DNA of 64,000 bases from an uncultured Ruminococcus sp. (GTDB lineage: Bacteria > Bacillota > Clostridia > Oscillospirales > Ruminococcaceae). Below, piece after piece: positions 57,789 to 64,000 of the stretch. How positions within the stretch are numbered: the first letter of the stretch is position 1; each line of letters starts with the position of its first letter. A program made the position numbers and the translations under genes. Where the stretch lies: the NCBI GenBank assembly GCA_947627445.1, contig CANQWA010000008.1, positions 3,530 to 67,529 of the forward strand. Direction: 5' to 3'. Under the pieces are notes generated by a model that worked only from the letters and a program-made list of their open reading frames with translations, was not told the DNA's origin and did no database searches.

Positions 57789-59591
57789 TCAAGGTTCGTC
57801 CGTCAAATCTCCGGTAACCAGCATTCCCCGCAAAACAGCCAAATCCAGCCCATTGATCTTTTCATCTGCATAAACATCCGCATTCCAAAACTGTTCATCG
57901 GTGAATCCATCCGTTCCCAGCAGATATTTCAGCAGAGAGACTGCATCGGCAACTGTGACTTCTTTATCCAGGTTCACATCACCGCTTTGCAGTTCTTGCA
58001 CCATCAGTCCGGAGAGCACCACCTGATAGGATTCTTCCTTCAGGCTGCCGCAGTCAATGTTCAACCGGACGTCCATATCTCTGTCTGCGGTATAGAGGAA
58101 CGTCTTTCGTTCCGGTTCGCTTCCGATCTGCATAGAATATCCGGTAACAGCCTGGAACGTATCGGGAACAGACTGCCATAACAGTGCCATATCGCCCCGG
58201 ATGATGCTGTCCAAGCCCTGTGTGTGGATATCAAAGGAGATTCGATAGCGGTGGCCTTTCTGTACGGGAATCGATTCGTAGAACAACACCATATCACTGA
58301 CAGAGTTTCCGCCGTTGACAACGTTCAGTGTCACGGAATCCGCATCCGGTTCATAGTTTTCGATATAGCCGGCACCATTGTTGTTGAACCAGTTCTTGTA
58401 GCCGAAAGGATCGGATGCAAGGTTGTCACCTCTGTCATATTCAGGAACAGGAGGTGCATCATATTCGATGCCTACAGCAGCCAGAATGCCTTCTACCAGT
58501 TCTGGGTGCTGCCAATAGCCGCCCCGGCGGTTCATCAGTCCGTAAGCCGTATCGTAATTGCCGTCATCCCATATCACGCAAGGAATTCCCAGGTCGGCTG
58601 CTTTGGAGAGGTATTCCTGAAACCATTGGATGCGCACATTGGGTTGATCCTTGTTGGATGCACCGAATTCCCCAATGATCACCGGAAAGCCCTGATGCAT
58701 CAGATACCGTTGCAGCTCACCAAACATCCAGTCCAGCTCGCTGCTGCTGTAATCTGTCACGTCGGGGGCAGAATAGTCGCAGAACTCCCAGGGGGTATAG
58801 TTGTGGACTTCGGCGATTAGTTTATCCGGAACGGTATCTTCAGGCATCACAAAATTCCGCATGATCTGTGCAGAAGAACCGCTTGCGGCATAGGTATTGC
58901 AGATCAGCACACGTTCTGCATTATTGCCGCCGGTAGATCTGACGGTATCTACAAAGAGTTGATTGTACAGGTTGATGGCATCTGTGCCGTCTGTATCGGG
59001 ATCCCACCAGTTGTTTTCATCATTGATCATCTCATTGAAGCCCTCAAACAACAGATGATAGTCATATCCCTCAAACCGCTCTGCAATTTGTGTCCAGAGT
59101 GCCTGTACCTTGTCGTGGTTTTCTTCATAATTCTCCACGGCAGCACGGATCCAGCCTTCTTCACCGGTATCGTGGTGAATGTTCAAGATCACATAAAATC
59201 CCGCATTATAGGCATCATCCACGATTTCCTGCACCCGGTTCATCCACACCTCACTGACCTGGAAATTCTCGTTCATTTTGTTTCCCCATGTGACAGGAAT
59301 GCGGATGGTATCAAAGCCGCTTTCCCGCACCAGCTGGAGCATTTCCTTTGTGGCAGGGGGATTTCCCCAATAGGTCTCATGCACCTGGGGTACATCACAG
59401 GTGATGCTTGTACGAGTGTCTAAGTCATTGCCCAGATTCCAGCCGATGGTCATATCGCTGACGATCTCCTCTGCTGTAGGGGACATGTCGGCAGAGGTTT
59501 CTGCATCGACAGAGGCTGGGAATGTCTGCCATACCATACTTGCCAGAGCGCAGGCTGTTACAGCTGACAAAAGATTTTTCATGATTTTCAT
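57789..59591 (-). CDS. GH5 endoglucanase (subfamily 4-like) with CBM4-like module and dockerin
   Basis: Signal peptide, GWNLGNDLD, IRIPVTW, NIHHD, FEGFNE (acid/base), IIGEFG (nucleophile), beta-sandwich module and GDVNLDKEVTVAD dockerin. Confidence 0.9.
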   Translation of the reverse strand: MKIMKNLLSAVTACALASMVWQTFPASVDAETSADMSPTAEEIVSDMTIGWNLGNDLDTRTSITCDVPQVHETYWGNPPATKEMLQLVRESGFDTIRIPVTWGNKMNENFQVSEVWMNRVQEIVDDAYNAGFYVILNIHHDTGEEGWIRAAVENYEENHDKVQALWTQIAERFEGYDYHLLFEGFNEMINDENNWWDPDTDGTDAINLYNQLFVDTVRSTGGNNAERVLICNTYAASGSSAQIMRNFVMPEDTVPDKLIAEVHNYTPWEFCDYSAPDVTDYSSSELDWMFGELQRYLMHQGFPVIIGEFGASNKDQPNVRIQWFQEYLSKAADLGIPCVIWDDGNYDTAYGLMNRRGGYWQHPELVEGILAAVGIEYDAPPVPEYDRGDNLASDPFGYKNWFNNNGAGYIENYEPDADSVTLNVVNGGNSVSDMVLFYESIPVQKGHRYRISFDIHTQGLDSIIRGDMALLWQSVPDTFQAVTGYSMQIGSEPERKTFLYTADRDMDVRLNIDCGSLKEESYQVVLSGLMVQELQSGDVNLDKEVTVADAVSLLKYLLGTDGFTDEQFWNADVYADEKINGLDLAVLRGMLVTGDLTDEP

Positions 59592-59611
59592 ATGCCATTC
59601 TCCTGACTGTG

Positions 59612-59893
59612 TTATCGGCGGAATAATCCCCGTTTTTTCTTTTCCGGGGTATCGGTGATTCTGCTGCGGACGATCCGAGCCATTTCTCCTACATTTTTCA
59701 TGCCGGAGACTTCCTGCATCCGAAATTTCATGCCGAATTCATGCTCTACAGCCTCCACCAGATTGATATGCTCCAGACTCTCCCAGCCATCAATGTCATT
59801 GGCTGTGGTATCGTCAGAAAGGCAGATCTCTTCGTCATCAAATACATCACGAAAGATCTCGGTCAGTTTTTCCATAATTTCTTCATGTGTCAT
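59612..59893 (-). CDS. Acyl carrier protein (FkbH-associated type)
   Basis: IFRDVFDD, GWESLEH..L..A.E.EFG..F (phosphopantetheine Ser). Overlaps the fkbH stop by 11 nt. Confidence 0.9.
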   Translation of the reverse strand: MTHEEIMEKLTEIFRDVFDDEEICLSDDTTANDIDGWESLEHINLVEAVEHEFGMKFRMQEVSGMKNVGEMARIVRSRITDTPEKKKRGLFRR

Positions 59894-61697
59894 TGCCTGT
59901 ATGCTCCTTTTCTGTCTGATTCACATGGATCACATGGTTTTTTGGCGTATAGTCACCAATGTCCAGAACCCATGTGCTGTCACCGTTTTCAAATTGTTCT
60001 TTCAGGGTAAAGCCAAAATCACGGTACAGCTCCCGTACCATATGATTCTTATCCGTCTGATAATAATAGCCGCAGATGGTTTCCATGCTTCTGCGGCGGC
60101 ACTGTGCGATCAACTCGTCCAGCATGGCGTATTCCATATGCCGCTTCAGCACCCGGCAGCTCATGAGCCAGAGCTCCATATGAAGCGTCTTTCCGGCAAT
60201 TTCTCCTATCACGACGGAAACAATGCCGTTATCCCCGAATTTGTCTTTCAGCCGTCCATATAGCCGAATATATTTGTCACTGGCAGCGATTTGCGCCATT
60301 TCACTCTGGGTATACCGGCGTGTGGTCAGATTGAACTGATTGCTTTTGTTGGTCAACTGCACGATACGGGGCAGTGCCAATGCTGTGAAATCCTGTATCT
60401 CTGCCTGCATTTCCAGCCCCAGCAGATATTCTGTATAGCTGGCATAGGATTTTTCCATATGCGTCCGCTGGATATTGGCACGGTACATGTCCATGCGCTT
60501 TGTATCCGCTTCGGAAAACAAGGCTGCTTCAAAATAACCGGCACCGTCCAGGACACGAATGCATTCTGCCGGTGATGCAAAGGGCGGCGCGGCGACTCCC
60601 GGCAGTTGTACCGATACAATCTCACGTTCTGCCGGATTGTCATCTACAAACACAAAGCTTTCCGGCAGAAGGGAAAGGGCTTCTGCGGTCTTTGTCAGAT
60701 TCTGGTCCTTTGGTTCCCAGTTTGCCGCCATGAAAACGAAGTCGTTTTCATGCAGTACCGAATCCGGGTGGTTCAACCCCAGCAGGGCATTTTCCCTATC
60801 GTTTTTGGAGCAGACTGTCAGCAGGACGCCCAATTGCCCCAGCGACTTGCAATATTCCTGCATTTCGGTGAAGGCCTCAGCCTCGGCAGTTTCCTGTCCG
60901 ATCACAATGCCTTCCTGTCCGTCATCGCCGATGACACCGCCCCAGAGAGTGTTGTCCAGATCCAGTGCCAGCACCTTTTTGGTTTTGCCGTAGATGCTGC
61001 GAATGATTCGGGTCAGGCTATAGGCAAATTCCGGAATCGCCGGCACACAAAGGGAATACTTGTATAAATACCAATAGGAGGGATCAGACCAGGCATCCAG
61101 TCCGTATCGTGCAGATAGGTAGTGGATATCATGGAGGTAGAAATCCGTGTGAGAAGCTGCATAAACCGCAAACCGGCGGTTCAACTCCGACACAAACCAG
61201 ACCATGCCGTGACAGTCATAGGCATCCCGGTTTCCGAGCAGGCGATAGGATGGCAGTTCAAAGTTGTTCTGGATGACAGGGCAGTGATAACGCTCTGCCA
61301 GATGCTCCCACATTTGCGTGAAATGGGACATCTGCCGTTCCAGTGCTGCCTGTACGGTTTCTTCGGAGCTGTTCAGAGGCAAGGGTGCTTCGGTGATGTT
61401 GCGCTGAGAGGTGTGAATGAAGATCAGCTCCGGCTGGAATGTCGTCAGCTCCGGCGGATCAAACATGGCATCCTGCCAGTACTGAGCATATTCGGATTGG
61501 TAGAATGCCGGCTCAATCCCTTCCTGCAGCAGAAACAGCTCCAGCATGGAGACAATGTCATTTGTCGTGGAACCGCCCAGAACCGCAATGCGTTTTTTGA
61601 TGCGTTGTGTGCCGTCCTCCAGCAAGGCTTTTTTGAGTTTCCGGCGCTTTTTCAGCAGCTCGTTGCTGTCAAAGGGGTATTGTAATTCTGGTATCAT
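59883..61697 (-). CDS. fkbH: FkbH-like HAD-IIIC glyceryl-ACP synthase with C-terminal GNAT-like domain
   Basis: LDLDNTLWGG..G.DG (DxDxT), CSKND, FVDDNP.ER, QL.NKSNQFNLTT.RY, D.FGDNG.V, MSCRV. Confidence 0.92.
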   Translation of the reverse strand: MIPELQYPFDSNELLKKRRKLKKALLEDGTQRIKKRIAVLGGSTTNDIVSMLELFLLQEGIEPAFYQSEYAQYWQDAMFDPPELTTFQPELIFIHTSQRNITEAPLPLNSSEETVQAALERQMSHFTQMWEHLAERYHCPVIQNNFELPSYRLLGNRDAYDCHGMVWFVSELNRRFAVYAASHTDFYLHDIHYLSARYGLDAWSDPSYWYLYKYSLCVPAIPEFAYSLTRIIRSIYGKTKKVLALDLDNTLWGGVIGDDGQEGIVIGQETAEAEAFTEMQEYCKSLGQLGVLLTVCSKNDRENALLGLNHPDSVLHENDFVFMAANWEPKDQNLTKTAEALSLLPESFVFVDDNPAEREIVSVQLPGVAAPPFASPAECIRVLDGAGYFEAALFSEADTKRMDMYRANIQRTHMEKSYASYTEYLLGLEMQAEIQDFTALALPRIVQLTNKSNQFNLTTRRYTQSEMAQIAASDKYIRLYGRLKDKFGDNGIVSVVIGEIAGKTLHMELWLMSCRVLKRHMEYAMLDELIAQCRRRSMETICGYYYQTDKNHMVRELYRDFGFTLKEQFENGDSTWVLDIGDYTPKNHVIHVNQTEKEHTGNDT

Positions 61698-61749
61698 GCG
61701 TCAGCTCCTTTTGCATAAAAGTTTATCTTTTGCGTCATTCCGGGAAAGG

Positions 61750-63405
61750 TTACTGCTTTCGCAGCACTTCCAGCTGTTCGCTGTTGCCGCCTGTTGCACT
61801 GAATGTGTTCATGGCAAACAGCACATCTGTTGCCCCTGCGTTTTTGATGAAATCCACTGCATTCCGCTCAAAATAACGCATATCCAACACGTAAATATCC
61901 GTAAAGGAATGCGTCAGATAGGGGACAAGGGCATTGCCGTAGCTGTCTTTGATCATCACCAGCGTCCTGTCGTTGTCACAGTCTGTATGCACATGTGTGA
62001 TTTTTTCATCACCGCCCATAAAGACCAGATACCAGCTTACCGGTTCTACGTTGTCCAATTGAATCATGAGATTGCCTTCACGCGGGTTGGTGAAATCCAC
62101 ATCATAATATTCTGTGGTATAGTCATTCTGGGGCGTATAATAGGTGAAATCCTCGGGGTTGTCCTGTAATACAGCACTTTTGGTAAAGGTATACATGCTT
62201 CCCACATAGCCGGATTTTGTGGTTTTTTTGTATTGGGACAGATCGGCAAAGGGCACATCCGCCGTTTTGGCAAAAGCCTGTGCGGCATAATATGCGCCAA
62301 GAGGAAGCCAATGGTGATCCGTCCGGGCATAGATATCCTCGCTGACATGGGCAGCCAATGCACTGTAAGCGTCCACGGGTACCACATGGTCCAGGTTTTC
62401 GTTGATATGGGCAATGTTATCCGGTTCGCTGCCGGTATATCCGGCATAAGAGGATGGCAGATAAAAGGAAACTGCCGTGGGTGCGACCAGAGAGTAGACA
62501 TTCACATCGTTTCCCAGCGCTTTCTTGTAACGGTTCAGAGATTTTGCATAGGATTCTCCCCGTGAAAAGCTGCCGCCGTACACACTGAGAGCACGATCAC
62601 CCACTAGCACAATGCCGTCACCCACATCCACAGGGTCGCCTTCCGGTTCGGGAAAAGTCACAGTAGTTGCCGTCGTGGTGGTCAAGGGTGTAGCAGCCGG
62701 ATGGTTTGTCGTGATAGAGTTTTCCGGAACAGGTGTTGCCGCAGGGGGCGTTGTTTCTGTCTGTATTTGCTTCACATTGCCAAAGAATTGCACCTGATCG
62801 GTACTGCGGATGCCCTTCATGCTGTCCATCCGGCTGATCAGTCTTTTGAAAAAGCTTCTGCCCGGCACAGTATCCTCAAAATAATGCATCAAATCTGCCA
62901 TATAGGAACCGTCTGCCACAGCATGCCACGAAAATGCAGGGAACTTTGCCAGCATCCGGTTTTCTTCAGCGGATTCTGTGGGATGAACGCCCACGATGAG
63001 AAATACGGAGCCGCCAAAGATCACAGCACTGACAACGGCGATCCGGATCACAGCGCTGATGTGCTTGGCAAGCACCATAGAACGCCGCTTGTCACGCCTT
63101 GCACGAATCTCTTCCAGAGATCCGGCATGACGTTCTGGTTCAGATGCTGTGGGCTTTTCCGCCGGAGACAAGACATCCTCTCCGGTTTCCGGCTGAGGTG
63201 TTGTCCCATCTGTATCGGACAGCAGAATTTCTGAGAAAATCTGTTCTTCTTCCTCTGACAGCGCCTCTTCCGGCACATGCAAAGACTGTTCACTCAGCAT
63301 ACGGAGTTTGTCGGATTCTTTTTGTATTTCCTGAAATTTCTCCGCCAGGGCGGCGTCCAGATCGAATTCCTCAGAATTCGGCTGCGTTTTTTGGGTATCT
63401 GACAT
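61750..63405 (-). CDS. DHHW-family (AlgJ/DltD-like SGNH) membrane-anchored acyltransferase
   Basis: TM anchor, ENR.LA.FP, Y.RTDHHW...GAY.A, KDSYGNA (Ser nucleophile). Start set to ATG 63405. Confidence 0.85.
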   Translation of the reverse strand: MSDTQKTQPNSEEFDLDAALAEKFQEIQKESDKLRMLSEQSLHVPEEALSEEEEQIFSEILLSDTDGTTPQPETGEDVLSPAEKPTASEPERHAGSLEEIRARRDKRRSMVLAKHISAVIRIAVVSAVIFGGSVFLIVGVHPTESAEENRMLAKFPAFSWHAVADGSYMADLMHYFEDTVPGRSFFKRLISRMDSMKGIRSTDQVQFFGNVKQIQTETTPPAATPVPENSITTNHPAATPLTTTTATTVTFPEPEGDPVDVGDGIVLVGDRALSVYGGSFSRGESYAKSLNRYKKALGNDVNVYSLVAPTAVSFYLPSSYAGYTGSEPDNIAHINENLDHVVPVDAYSALAAHVSEDIYARTDHHWLPLGAYYAAQAFAKTADVPFADLSQYKKTTKSGYVGSMYTFTKSAVLQDNPEDFTYYTPQNDYTTEYYDVDFTNPREGNLMIQLDNVEPVSWYLVFMGGDEKITHVHTDCDNDRTLVMIKDSYGNALVPYLTHSFTDIYVLDMRYFERNAVDFIKNAGATDVLFAMNTFSATGGNSEQLEVLRKQ

Positions 63406-63421
63406 CCAGTTTCCCCCCCCT

Positions 63422-64000
63422 TTAAAATTTCGCATATAAGAACGGTGTATAAGTGGCGTCTACCAATAAAATGCTGCTGATTACCAGAACCGCACCAGCA
63501 AGAACGGTTCCCGTCACAGAAAAGGCGACAGTCGCACTGGCGCTTTTCTGCATCAGCTTTTCCGGCAGGGACAGCAGCGGGAAGCAACAGATCACGGCAG
63601 CGATCAGCAAAAACAGATTGTTCTGCACAGAAGTCAGCAGAACAGCGTCGGTCAACCCTGTGCCGTTAAAACCAGCCATGGCGGCAAAAAGATCCCCTAC
63701 CTTGGTCAGACTGTCCTCTCCGGAACAGTAGAAGATGCCAAATCCGACAATAATAATGAGCTTATTGCACACATGGCGGAGTATTGCGGGGATCTTCTGC
63801 ATCCCCTTTTTGCCAATTCCGGTTTCCATGATCAGAAACAATCCATAATAGATGCCCCAGATGATATAGTTCCAGCTTGCACCATGCCATAAACCAGTAC
63901 AGAACCACACCAGCATCAGACCGCCGATTTTGCGGCGCTTTCCGAAAATGGGCACATACAGGAGATAATCCCGGAAGAATGTTCCCAGAGAAATGTGCCA
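63422..64000 (-). CDS. MBOAT family O-acyltransferase (AlgI/DltB-like), 5' end outside the window
   Basis: The frame stays open to the window edge: WHISLGTFFRDYL, TGLWHGASWNYIIWG (catalytic His), C-terminus PFLYAKF. Confidence 0.92.
   Translation of the reverse strand, partial: WHISLGTFFRDYLLYVPIFGKRRKIGGLMLVWFCTGLWHGASWNYIIWGIYYGLFLIMETGIGKKGMQKIPAILRHVCNKLIIIVGFGIFYCSGEDSLTKVGDLFAAMAGFNGTGLTDAVLLTSVQNNLFLLIAAVICCFPLLSLPEKLMQKSASATVAFSVTGTVLAGAVLVISSILLVDATYTPFLYAKF

Overview
Chromosomal window from a spore-forming, probably cellulosome-producing Ruminococcus-like Firmicute (inferred from gene content: GH48, dockerins, complete spoIIIA operon). From left to right: a 1,923-aa secreted LRR/dockerin protein; a degenerate VanY-like peptidase and an S11 DD-carboxypeptidase; a GH48-Ig-dockerin exoglucanase divergent from a GldA/F/G-DUF4340-type ABC operon; the conserved yicC-gmk-rpoZ-priA(frameshifted)-def-fmt-rsmB-rlmN-prpC-prkC-rsgA-thiN block; spoIIIAA-AH; nusB-TsaD paralogue-xseAB-ispA-dxs-tlyA-nadK-argR-recN; recQ, ybaK, a SpoVB/MurJ-type flippase, a DAG-kinase-family gene, udp, a PhoPR-like two-component pair, csoR-copA and dusB. 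The window ends in a minus-strand operon: MBOAT (partial), DHHW/SGNH, FkbH, ACP, GH5-CBM-dockerin. The best candidate for an undescribed system is the MBOAT-DHHW-FkbH-ACP module, a Dlt/AlgIJ-like relay that may put glyceryl rather than D-alanyl or acetyl groups on a surface polymer. Also notable are a family of ~45-175 bp MITE-like inverted-repeat elements that sit on stop codons, two structured non-coding leaders (before yicC and nusB) and a +1 frameshift in priA. No tRNA, rRNA, CRISPR array or transposase was seen. All calls come from manual motif reading; no database searches were run.
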